A DNA stretch of 64,000 nt from a virus. The stretch is from IMG/VR virus record IMGVR_UViG_3300008267_000054, positions 32,001 through 96,000 of that record, one strand, 5' to 3'. Every line of letters starts with the position of its first letter. Position 1 is the stretch's first letter. A program made the translations under genes and the position numbers. Of the stretch, positions 49,379 through 58,849 are shown piece by piece. The notes beneath the pieces are model-generated. The model worked only from the letters and a program-made list of their open reading frames with translations. It searched no databases and was not told where the DNA came from.

Positions 49379-49393
49379 TATAAATAAGGTAAT

Positions 49394-49981
49394 ATGCCAG
49401 TAACTAAAACACCAGCAATAATAAAAGCAAAGGATGGAGTAGAGATCAGAGGTCTCTGCTTACCTGGTGTTGTTCAAGATGGTACCACCGATCCATATCA
49501 AGTTGATAGTGAAGTGGTAGTGCTTGTTGACACAACGTCATTAACCTTCACGGTCGATTTGAGTAATGTTGAAGTAGATGGACGAATTGTGATGATCTAT
49601 GATGTTGGTGGCAATTGCTTTGCAAACAATGTTACAATAACATCAGCCGCAACAATAACTGGTAAACAAAAACTAAATCAAGATTATGGAGTTATTGGTT
49701 ACATCTATAGAGAGTCAACTGGTAGATGGTATTCTATAATCAATGAAACAACAAAAACGGGTTATATAGGTCCTGGGGATTTTACAGGATCGCCCTTATC
49801 AGCAACTGTAACCTTTGATACAACCTACGTATCAACAAATTACTCAATAGCAATAACCGGTGAAGATGCTAGATCATGGTCCATTAGCTCAAAAGCTGCT
49901 GGTGGTTTTACTGTAGATAGTAATTCCTCTACAGCCTTAACTGGTAATGTTTATTGGACAACAATTGCATACACATCATAA
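49394..49981 (+). CDS. Tail fibre-associated protein
   Basis: ATVTFDTTY..NYSI.IT...GFTV...VYW resembles lectin-like fibre tip domains. Confidence 0.5.
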   Translation: MPVTKTPAIIKAKDGVEIRGLCLPGVVQDGTTDPYQVDSEVVVLVDTTSLTFTVDLSNVEVDGRIVMIYDVGGNCFANNVTITSAATITGKQKLNQDYGVIGYIYRESTGRWYSIINETTKTGYIGPGDFTGSPLSATVTFDTTYVSTNYSIAITGEDARSWSISSKAAGGFTVDSNSSTALTGNVYWTTIAYTS

Positions 49982-49998
49982 TAATTATATAAAAACGT

Positions 49999-52900
49999 AT
50001 GGCTACATTTCAAGTAGATAGTGCAAGTTTAAAAAATGTTACCGCTACGGGTAGTTTCACAGGATCCTTCATTGGTAGTGGAGCAGGTTTGACTGGAGTA
50101 ACAGCTGGGCCGTCTTTTATTGATAACTACTTAACAGTAGGTTTACCTGGATCAGATACAGACTACAATTCTATTAGTGCATCTATAAACAGCATTACGG
50201 ACGCATCCGCAAACAACACTTATACAGTGTATGTTGCTCCAGGTGTGTATATTGAAAATCCAATGGTTGTACCATCCTATGTTGCAATCCGTGGTGATAG
50301 TTCAATATCTACAATCGTATCAGCATCGAGTATAAACAATACTATATTCACACTCAGTGATCAGTCCATGATTCTTGATATGCAAATTCAAGGATCAACC
50401 GGTACAAGTGCAAGTGCAGTTGTATACTCATCAGCAACAACACCACAAACAAACGCAATATCTTATGTTGAGAATGTTAGATTTGGATCTAATTACACAA
50501 ATGCAAAGGTTGTAGGAGTAGCTGGTGGAAACTGTATTATGCAGTGTTCTAATGTGAAGTATGGTGGATTTACAGCAAATAATAAATCATTTGATGTTGG
50601 ATTCCATGTAACTGGATCAGGTGGTGGTATTGGTAGAATGCAATTGCGTAACGTAACATCAACTAATGGTGGTGTAACGGGATCATCAGATCAAATATTT
50701 GCATTGGCTGACGCTGCAGGATGTACATTTATTGTAAATGGTTGCTTATTAACTAGAGCAGTTGGCACAGCAGCTGGTACGGGATTCAAAGTTTATAATG
50801 GAGGTCAATTAAGATTAACTGGAGTTAACTTTCAAAGATGGGCCAAAGGTATTTGGGCACCACAAACTGGATCAGCACCATCAGTGGATGCAATAGCACT
50901 CAACTTTGAAAACTGTACGCTTGATGTAGCTATTGAACATTCCGGATCAACTGGTAAGGTTCAAGGAACAGATACATTTTTAAAAACACAAATAAACCTT
51001 AGTTCATCTTTATATGAAGTTGGACAAGATCCAAGAAGAATTACCGTTGGTACAAAAGGTGCCGACTTCACATCTATTAGCGCATCAGTAGCTTATATTA
51101 CAGATTCTAGTGTTAATAACAGATATGTGATTGAAGTTGGACCAGGTCAATTCACCGAAAAGATGATTGACCTTACCGGCAAACCATATGTTAGTATTGT
51201 TGGTAGTAGTATACAAACCACACAAATATTCCCAAGCTCATCTACTCAACATTTGATTAAGATGGGTATTAATAATGAAGTATCCTTCTTATCATTAACA
51301 AATGCACCTGCAGGATACTCAGCTTTATATATAGATGATGTTGGTGATTATGCTCAAGCACATAAGTTATCCTTCTATGATTGTGATACTTGTGTAACAG
51401 TTATTTCAAGAACACAAGACACTAAGTTTTATGGTGAGTATCTTGATTTTAATGGTGTATATAGAACTGGTAGCTTTATCAGCTCCTCCAATGGATTTGT
51501 AGCACTAGCAAGTTTAGAAAACTACTACCAATTTCCAGCTGGTGCAACAGGCCTAATAGCAAACTATGGAACTGGTGCTACTACCGAGTTAGACCTTTAT
51601 AGTGGGGCAATGATTGGTGAAAACGATGCAACTTCAGTAGCCATTAGATTAGAAAACGGAGCAGATTTACAAGCAGCAGGGTTTGATTTTCCAAGATGGG
51701 GTACGGCAGTTTATATACCAAATTTAATTAACTCAGCTAGCTTCAATATAGTTGGATCAATGATTCACGATTCTGTGAATTATGATTTTGAAATACTACA
51801 TCCAAGCTCATCTTGTCGATTCCAAGGTACAGCAGATCATACTAAGATTTATGCTCCTAATGGTGCATCTAACTTCTTTTGGACATTTTTGGATGAAACA
51901 GATGGTGAACTTGATATTACAAGAAATTTAGCTGTAACTTTTGCAGATGGAACTCACACAGATGCCTCAACTCTAATCTTTCGTGGTAGTCCAATGGGTG
52001 TAATGGAAGGTGGTGTGATAACAACATCATCAGCAAATCCATCAGCACTTGAGGTTGATATAACTGAAGGATTTGGTTATTTAGAAACGCCAACTACGGG
52101 AATTTATAAAAGAGTTGATTTTGGCGGAAATTCAGGATACACAAACATAACAGATGATGCAAATAATTACTTGTATGTTGATAAGGATGGTCAAGTGCAA
52201 TCTGACACCGTAGAACCAAGTAACATAACGAGTATTATATTAGGTAGAGTGTATGCTGCTAATGGCAGTATACAGTTTGTTGATCAGAGTCCACGCAACG
52301 CATCACATACCACAAATTTACTATCTACATTCAATAGAACAGCACTTGGACCAGTGTATGCTCAGGGTAGTATTGTTACAGCAAATGGAACATATAAGTT
52401 AGATGTATCAAGTGGTAATTATTACTTTGGAGAAAATTCATTTAGTCCAGCAGGCGGAATTCAAGTTACATTTGACAGATATTATAGAAATACAGGAGCA
52501 TCTGATAACTGGAATAGACAATCAGGTACTGATGTACCAATTGATGTATGGGATTCAGGTTCAAATGCATTAGTTGCATTATCAGCTTCCTACTATACAA
52601 AACACACTCTATACGCAGTTGGTGATGGAGCCGAAGAGAAATATTTTTTAGTAACTGGTCAGCAACAGTTTTCATCTCTAGTATCTGCAGAAGCGGCAGA
52701 TCTACCCACCTCACCTAACTTCTTTACAGATGGTGTTGTTCAGTTAGCAGCAGTCTATGTACAATCCGGCTCAGGAATTACTCAGATTGAAGATATAAGA
52801 CCAGTTATTGGTTTTAGAGCAGGTGGAGTAAATGCAGCGTCAGATCACGGTAATCTACTAGGATTAGCAGATGATGATCATACACAATATTTGTTAGTGA

Positions 52901-54054
52901 GTGGTACTAGAGCAATGTCTGGACCACTAACAGCATCACTAGTTAGCGCATCTTCAGGATTTGTAGGCAATTTAACTGGTACTGCATCTTTTGTATCAGG
53001 CAACATTTTCACATCAACAAATCCTGCACTATCAGCATCATATGCTTTGACAGCATCGTATGCGTTAGCATCACCAGGAGGAGGTGGAAATATAGCCGTA
53101 TCAGCAGGCACAACGTCAACTAATCTATCCTCTGTAGTATTTGCAAATGCAAATAACGTAAGCTTTGGATTAAATGGAAGTACTATCACAGCAAATGCTC
53201 CTATAGTATTATCTGCCGGTACTCTATCCTCTAATGTATCATCGCTAGTGTTTTCGAATGCTAATGGAGTGTCTTTTGGATTAAATGGTAATACGCTAAC
53301 TGCAACAGCAAATGGTAGTGGTATTAAAGCAGAAGCAGGTGCATCAACAAACACAGTATCACATCTTGTATTCTCTAATGCAAATAACGTAAGCTTTGGA
53401 TTAAATGGAAGTACAATTACTGCTACTGCCGGAGGAGGAGGTGGTGGAGTAACATTGAATTATTTTAATCCACGTGATGGTTATCTTCAAGTAACAAATC
53501 AGTTAGGGCAAGCCTCCCTTCATTTCCAACCAGCCCAATTACCAAATGTACAGTTTGATAGGGTAGCTATACCAATAAACTATACAAATACAAACAACTC
53601 ATCCAACTCCATAACAATTTCCATGTACTGGGGTATATACTCTAGAAATGCATCTTCATTATCACTAATACAGAGTGTATCCACAAGTTTCAATGTATCT
53701 AACAGTGGCACTATTGGTAGTTATTCATTGTATGGTGGTGTTAGGTTGTTAACCCTAGGTTTAACTAACACATACTTAGAAGACCAGTATTATGTTGGTA
53801 TAATGAGTAGATCAACAACATCCGGTGGATTGGGTATGACGGCAGCTAACATGGCAGTATCACAATTAAACTCAAACTTCTCAGGTATAGTGGGTATAGG
53901 ATCAACGCTATCGGCACAATATACAAGAGGTTTAGGATATTACTCAGCAGCTACAACTGCATTACCTAGTGTTGTTCCATTTACGGATATAAGAGGTACT
54001 AACTCCCAGGCATTGAGACCACCTTTATTTTATTTAGTAAATGGTACTTTTTAA
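49999..54054 (+). CDS. Tailspike/fibre with two pectin-lyase-like beta-helix modules
   Basis: Two TVG..G.D..SISAS...ITD.S.NN.Y...V.PG...E modules; C-terminal repeats. Confidence 0.7.
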   Translation: MATFQVDSASLKNVTATGSFTGSFIGSGAGLTGVTAGPSFIDNYLTVGLPGSDTDYNSISASINSITDASANNTYTVYVAPGVYIENPMVVPSYVAIRGDSSISTIVSASSINNTIFTLSDQSMILDMQIQGSTGTSASAVVYSSATTPQTNAISYVENVRFGSNYTNAKVVGVAGGNCIMQCSNVKYGGFTANNKSFDVGFHVTGSGGGIGRMQLRNVTSTNGGVTGSSDQIFALADAAGCTFIVNGCLLTRAVGTAAGTGFKVYNGGQLRLTGVNFQRWAKGIWAPQTGSAPSVDAIALNFENCTLDVAIEHSGSTGKVQGTDTFLKTQINLSSSLYEVGQDPRRITVGTKGADFTSISASVAYITDSSVNNRYVIEVGPGQFTEKMIDLTGKPYVSIVGSSIQTTQIFPSSSTQHLIKMGINNEVSFLSLTNAPAGYSALYIDDVGDYAQAHKLSFYDCDTCVTVISRTQDTKFYGEYLDFNGVYRTGSFISSSNGFVALASLENYYQFPAGATGLIANYGTGATTELDLYSGAMIGENDATSVAIRLENGADLQAAGFDFPRWGTAVYIPNLINSASFNIVGSMIHDSVNYDFEILHPSSSCRFQGTADHTKIYAPNGASNFFWTFLDETDGELDITRNLAVTFADGTHTDASTLIFRGSPMGVMEGGVITTSSANPSALEVDITEGFGYLETPTTGIYKRVDFGGNSGYTNITDDANNYLYVDKDGQVQSDTVEPSNITSIILGRVYAANGSIQFVDQSPRNASHTTNLLSTFNRTALGPVYAQGSIVTANGTYKLDVSSGNYYFGENSFSPAGGIQVTFDRYYRNTGASDNWNRQSGTDVPIDVWDSGSNALVALSASYYTKHTLYAVGDGAEEKYFLVTGQQQFSSLVSAEAADLPTSPNFFTDGVVQLAAVYVQSGSGITQIEDIRPVIGFRAGGVNAASDHGNLLGLADDDHTQYLLVSGTRAMSGPLTASLVSASSGFVGNLTGTASFVSGNIFTSTNPALSASYALTASYALASPGGGGNIAVSAGTTSTNLSSVVFANANNVSFGLNGSTITANAPIVLSAGTLSSNVSSLVFSNANGVSFGLNGNTLTATANGSGIKAEAGASTNTVSHLVFSNANNVSFGLNGSTITATAGGGGGGVTLNYFNPRDGYLQVTNQLGQASLHFQPAQLPNVQFDRVAIPINYTNTNNSSNSITISMYWGIYSRNASSLSLIQSVSTSFNVSNSGTIGSYSLYGGVRLLTLGLTNTYLEDQYYVGIMSRSTTSGGLGMTAANMAVSQLNSNFSGIVGIGSTLSAQYTRGLGYYSAATTALPSVVPFTDIRGTNSQALRPPLFYLVNGTF
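53086..53430 (+). repeat. Three ~38-aa coding repeats, including a 38-bp exact duplication
   Basis: SAG...VF.NAN.VSFGLNG.T.TA x3. AATGCAAATAACGTAAGCTTTGGATTAAATGGAAGTAC occurs at 53146 and 53377. Confidence 0.8.
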
Positions 54055-54114
54055 TTTTGTTTTTTAAAAAGAATTTATTATATTATCATAAGTTATAAAA
54101 ATAGTTACAAATTT

Positions 54115-54837
54115 ATGTCTCAAATAAAACCACAGATTATTATACCTTCATATGAAGGAAGGCACAATACTACTGAGTATAAAGAAAATTTAGAAAAAAA
54201 TGCATATAAAGATTTATCTACTATATGCATCGTCCCATCAAGAGGAGTAGTACCAGCTAAAATTGTACAATCCTGGATGAGTATTATGTCTCCTATGAAT
54301 CAAAAATTCACAAGAATCTTTGCTTTAGGAATGGAAGTAGGAGCGGCTTATTCATCAACTATTGAGCAGATATTACAAAGCCCCGAACTAAGTACATGGA
54401 AGTATATACTAACATTAGAAGAAGATAATGCACCTCCTCCAGATGGTCTACTAAAACTATATGAACATATGGATAAGTACGATGTCATTGGAGGATTGTA
54501 TTGGACTAAAGGTATAGAAGGAAAACCAATGTGTTATGGTCAACCAAACATATTTCCTGTTAATTTTGCTCCATTTATGCCTGATGCAGATACTATTACT
54601 CCATGTAATGGGCTTGGAATGGGTTTCACATTGTTTAAGTTGGATATATTTAAAAATCCATCTTTGCCAAAACCGTTTTTTCAAACCGTACAGAGAGTAG
54701 TTCCCGGTCAAGGAATTGAAGCATATACACAAGATTTGAAATTTTTTGAAAATGCTAGTAAGTTGGGTTATAAATTTGCATGCGATTCAAGAATAAAAGT
54801 TGGACATTATGATTATCAAAACGATGAAATGTGGTAA
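54115..54837 (+). CDS. GT-A fold (family 2-like) glycosyltransferase
   Basis: IVPSRG, YILTLEEDN (DxD equivalent), DVIGGLY, GMGFTL, QDLKF and KVGH. Confidence 0.75.
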   Translation: MSQIKPQIIIPSYEGRHNTTEYKENLEKNAYKDLSTICIVPSRGVVPAKIVQSWMSIMSPMNQKFTRIFALGMEVGAAYSSTIEQILQSPELSTWKYILTLEEDNAPPPDGLLKLYEHMDKYDVIGGLYWTKGIEGKPMCYGQPNIFPVNFAPFMPDADTITPCNGLGMGFTLFKLDIFKNPSLPKPFFQTVQRVVPGQGIEAYTQDLKFFENASKLGYKFACDSRIKVGHYDYQNDEMW

Positions 54838-54854
54838 TAAAATAAAGTTATAAT

Positions 54855-55457
54855 ATGATAAACAAACAAATGCAAGAAGTAGTAGACATAACAGAAGAAG
54901 TTATTGCTGTTGATTTAGGATGTGGACAAGTTAAAGCAACGGTCGACTTTTTTAAAGATAATTTACAAATAACGCCAACAAAGGTTGTGGGCGTAGATAT
55001 TGTTAAATGTGATGATGGAGTTGACATTGTACATAATTTAACTGTATTCCCATATCCATTTGAAGACAATTCCGTAGATGCAATTCACGCATCCCACTTT
55101 GTTGAACATCTAGATGGATTTGAACGAATGAAGTTCATGGACGAATGTCATCGTATCCTAAAACCAGGTGGGAAGATGCGATTAGTACATCCATATTATA
55201 AATCCGTTAGAGCAGTTCAAGATCCAACTCACAAATGGCCTCCCATTGCAGAAAATAGTTATTTTTATTGGGACAAGAGTTGGAGGGAAATGAACAAGCT
55301 AGACCACTATCCCATTAATTGTGATTTTGAATTCAACATTTATTATGTTTGGCAAGATGGAACAGTTGTGAATAGAAGTGAAGAGACTAGAACATTTTGG
55401 GTAGACAAATATTGGAATGTTGTTGCTGATATGGTAGTAGATTTGATTAAAAGATAA
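54855..55457 (+). CDS. Class I SAM-dependent methyltransferase
   Basis: VDLGCG, GVD, PFEDNSVD..HASHFVEH, RILKPGG and DPTH. Confidence 0.88.
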   Translation: MINKQMQEVVDITEEVIAVDLGCGQVKATVDFFKDNLQITPTKVVGVDIVKCDDGVDIVHNLTVFPYPFEDNSVDAIHASHFVEHLDGFERMKFMDECHRILKPGGKMRLVHPYYKSVRAVQDPTHKWPPIAENSYFYWDKSWREMNKLDHYPINCDFEFNIYYVWQDGTVVNRSEETRTFWVDKYWNVVADMVVDLIKR

Positions 55458-55501
55458 TATATTTTTGCATAATGTTTACATATTTATAAACAAAATTAGT
55501 T

Positions 55502-55780
55502 ATGTCACAAGAAGTAAAGTTTACACAAGAGGAATTAGAGCACATCAAATCACTACAAGCAAAATACAATGAGATTGGTATCCAACTTGTTCAATTAAAA
55601 CTGGCAAAGAAAAATGCCATTGAGTATTTAGACAAGCTCGAAGAACAAGAGGAACAGCTTACTGCAGAAGTAGTTGAAGCCAACCAATCGGAAAAATTAC
55701 TAGCGCAAGAACTAAGTAGTAAGTACGGTGCCGGTTCCCTTGATATGGAAACTGGACTTTTTGTGTCTAATACAGAGTAA
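55502..55780 (+). CDS. Small coiled-coil protein
   Basis: Heptad pattern ending in KYGAGSLDMETG. Confidence 0.6.
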   Translation: MSQEVKFTQEELEHIKSLQAKYNEIGIQLVQLKLAKKNAIEYLDKLEEQEEQLTAEVVEANQSEKLLAQELSSKYGAGSLDMETGLFVSNTE

Positions 55781-55841
55781 AACAAAAAGGTTTGAGGTTA
55801 CGATAGAATATTTATTAATAAACTTATAAAAACTACGTAAC

Positions 55842-58229
55842 ATGGCCGAAAAAATTGTCAGTCCTGGCGTCTTTACAAACGAGAAAGATCTCTCGTTTTT
55901 ACCGTCAGGGGTTGCTCAAATAGGAGCAGCAATCGTGGGTCCAACTCCAAAAGGACCTGCCTTTGTACCAACTATCATCAGAAACTTTGAAGAATTCAAA
56001 GCGTATTTTGGAGACATTAATGAAAACTACTATGTACCATATGCAGTTAGAACTTACTTAAAAAGTGCTGCATCTGTTACTATTGTACGTGTTGTATCAG
56101 AGGGTGGATATACTACTTCCGGTATTACCTTGTTTTCTGCATCAGTTGTTTATGGTTTGTTATTACCAACTATTCAAGTTGGAGCAAGCACAGGCAGTGA
56201 TTTCAGCAAAACAACTTTAGGTACTGGTACTGGTGTAATATCAGCATCTTTTACAATCTCAGGTAGTAATGTAACTGCCGAAGCTAATGAAGTAGCTTGG
56301 GCTAAAACATCATCAAACACTGTTGAAAAGGTATTTGGATTATCACCATCTGGTCCTAAGAAAGCTTACGCTTACTTGTGGTTCCAGAATGCTGCATCAG
56401 CATCTAACCTTATAACAATGTCATTTGCATCAGGTGCATATGCTGTAGGTGGTGGATCTACTATTGACTTATCAGGAGACACATTTGGCGCTTACAGTCC
56501 AGCATCAACTCCATGGGTAACATCACAGAGAATTGGTGCATCAGGAGCAACTACAAGATTGTTCAAAGTTTACACTTTGGGTGATGGTATTGCAATGAAC
56601 ACCTCAGTTAAAGTATCGCTTGTTAACAACTCACTTGCTGGTACATTACCTGGTACAGATTATGGTACTTTCACTATGCTTGTTCGTGACTACACTGATA
56701 CTGATCAACGTCCGATTGTATTGGAAACTTATTCTAATTTGAATTTAGATCCAGATTCTCCAAACTATATAGCAAGAAGAATTGGTGACAGATCTTATAC
56801 TGTAGCCGCAAGTGGTGAAGTAACAGCTACTGGAGATTATGCTAACGTAAGTAAGTACATCCGTGTATCTGTAACAGATGCAGTTAGAACAAAAGCACTT
56901 AGCCCATCATTGAATCCATTTGGTCACGAAGCTTATCTTGAACCATGGAGCACAGGAAGTAAGTTTCTACCAGCTGCTGTATTAACTACAAGCAATCCAA
57001 CTATTAACGGTGTATACAATGCAAAAGCATACTACGCTGTTAGCTATGTTGAAACGGATAACACAAACTACTGGAAGCCATTAGCTTCAGGTTCAGTATC
57101 AGGTGCCAACGCTGCATTCAACTTAGATGCTTGCTTAATTTCTACTGACTACGGTACACCGCTTGATGGTAATAGTTCAACTACATTAGCTGGTATTGCA
57201 GTATCTGCAAGTACACTAAGAGGTCAAGATGTTCCAAACATTGCTAAGTTTACCATGGGTCTACAAGGTGGATTTGATGGAATGGATCCAGCAGTACCAC
57301 TTAACATTGGAGCAAACATTACCGGCACTAACACTGTAGGTTTGAATTGTAACGGTGCAACAACTGGCGGTACAAATGGCTACAAGAAAGCTCTAAATGT
57401 ATTGTCAAATGCTGAAACGTACGACATCAACATGATTGCAATCCCAGGTGTTACTGTGTTTGATCACACTTTCGTAACAACTAAAGCAATTGAAGTTGCT
57501 GAAGATAGAGGTGACTGCTTCGTACTACTTGATCCAGTTAAGCAAGGTGAAACTGTAGCTGATGCAGTATCTGCAATCGCAAACAGTGGAATCAACACTA
57601 GCTACGCAGCTACTTACTGGCCTTGGGTTAAGATTGTAGATGCTAATCGTTTGAAGCCAATTTGGGTACCACCTTCTGTAGTACTTCCTCGTGTAATTGC
57701 TCAGTCTGACACAGCAGCATTCGAATGGTTTGCTCCTGCAGGTCTGAACCGTGGTGGTATACAAGATGCAGTTGATGTTGAAGCTAAACTTAGCTTTGCA
57801 CAACGCGATACCTTATATGAAGCTCGCATCAACCCACTTGCAACATTCCCAGCTCAGGGAGTATGTGTATGGGGTCAGAAAACTCTACAAACAAAAGCTT
57901 CTGCACTTGATCGTATCAACGTTCGTCGTCTGATGATTACTCTGAAGAAGTTTATCGCAAGCTCAAGCCGCTACTTAGTATTCGAGAACAATACAAACGA
58001 AACTCGTCAGAGATTCATTAACATTGTTACTCCTTACCTAGAGAACGTAAAAGCTCGTCAGGGTCTGTATGCCTTCCGTGTAGTAATGGATGAAACTAAC
58101 AACACTCCAGATGTAATTGATCGTAACGAACTTTATGGTCAGATCTTCTTACAACCTGCGAAGACAGCTGAATTCATTATCTTGGACTTCAATATTCTGC
58201 CAACTGGTGCAACTTTTGATAACGCTTAA
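55842..58229 (+). CDS. gp18: Contractile tail sheath protein (T4 gp18-like)
   Basis: SPGVFTNEKD, YWPW, WFAPAGLNRG, WGQKTL, RINVRRL, FENN and QPAKTAEFI. Confidence 0.96.
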   Translation: MAEKIVSPGVFTNEKDLSFLPSGVAQIGAAIVGPTPKGPAFVPTIIRNFEEFKAYFGDINENYYVPYAVRTYLKSAASVTIVRVVSEGGYTTSGITLFSASVVYGLLLPTIQVGASTGSDFSKTTLGTGTGVISASFTISGSNVTAEANEVAWAKTSSNTVEKVFGLSPSGPKKAYAYLWFQNAASASNLITMSFASGAYAVGGGSTIDLSGDTFGAYSPASTPWVTSQRIGASGATTRLFKVYTLGDGIAMNTSVKVSLVNNSLAGTLPGTDYGTFTMLVRDYTDTDQRPIVLETYSNLNLDPDSPNYIARRIGDRSYTVAASGEVTATGDYANVSKYIRVSVTDAVRTKALSPSLNPFGHEAYLEPWSTGSKFLPAAVLTTSNPTINGVYNAKAYYAVSYVETDNTNYWKPLASGSVSGANAAFNLDACLISTDYGTPLDGNSSTTLAGIAVSASTLRGQDVPNIAKFTMGLQGGFDGMDPAVPLNIGANITGTNTVGLNCNGATTGGTNGYKKALNVLSNAETYDINMIAIPGVTVFDHTFVTTKAIEVAEDRGDCFVLLDPVKQGETVADAVSAIANSGINTSYAATYWPWVKIVDANRLKPIWVPPSVVLPRVIAQSDTAAFEWFAPAGLNRGGIQDAVDVEAKLSFAQRDTLYEARINPLATFPAQGVCVWGQKTLQTKASALDRINVRRLMITLKKFIASSSRYLVFENNTNETRQRFINIVTPYLENVKARQGLYAFRVVMDETNNTPDVIDRNELYGQIFLQPAKTAEFIILDFNILPTGATFDNA

Positions 58230-58253
58230 TACTTATAATAAAATAATCATAAC

Positions 58254-58751
58254 ATGGCACAATTAATTCCAGATAACGGCCCTCAAGGTATTTATTATAC
58301 CAATTACGAGCCAAAAACACAGAATAGATTTATATTGTCGGTTAGTGGGATACCTTCTTTCATCATGAAGAAGGTAACCCGCCCGAATATTGACTGCGGT
58401 GAGGTTATCATTGACCACATCAACCTAGTAAGAAAACTGAAAGGTAAATGTAAATGGCAAGATATCTCCATGACCCTCTATGATCCGATTGTACCTTCTG
58501 GTGCTCAAACGGTAATGGAGTGGGTAAGAACTGCTCACGAATCAGCAACAGGACGTGATGGATATGCAGACTTCTATAAGAAGGACTTCCAAATCCAAAC
58601 ACTTGGTCCGGTAGGTGATATCGTTGAACAGTGGACTGTAAAAGGTGCTTACATCAAGACTGCAAACTTTGGTCAATTAGACTGGTCTACTGAGACTCAA
58701 GTTGAAATTGAACTTACAATCGGTTTAGATAACTGCTTCCTAGAGTTCTAA
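58254..58751 (+). CDS. gp19: Tail tube protein (T4 gp19-like)
   Basis: Follows the sheath; NRF, GKCKWQDISMTLYD, YKKD, W.VKGAY and FGQLDW. Confidence 0.88.
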   Translation: MAQLIPDNGPQGIYYTNYEPKTQNRFILSVSGIPSFIMKKVTRPNIDCGEVIIDHINLVRKLKGKCKWQDISMTLYDPIVPSGAQTVMEWVRTAHESATGRDGYADFYKKDFQIQTLGPVGDIVEQWTVKGAYIKTANFGQLDWSTETQVEIELTIGLDNCFLEF

Positions 58752-58772
58752 TTTTCTGAACTATTTTAATTT

Positions 58773-58802
58773 AAGAGCTGATCTTTGGGTCAGCTCTTTT
58801 TT
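58773..58802 (+). terminator. Intrinsic terminator
   Basis: AAGAGCTGATC-tttg-GGTCAGCTCTT followed by a T run, after the tube gene. Confidence 0.85.
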
Positions 58803-58849
58803 ATTTTCCGTATATTTATATGAAAGGTTATTAACATAAGTTATAAAAC

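Noticed and set aside
40898-54054. Diversity-generating retroelement or invertible fibre cassette
   Set aside because: No reverse transcriptase or invertase in the window, and no adenine-specific template/variable repeat pair seen. The repeats are in-frame structural repeats. A distant element cannot be excluded.
55460-55467. Bacteroidota -7 promoter-like TAnnTTTG
   Set aside because: A single short match in very AT-rich DNA is expected by chance.
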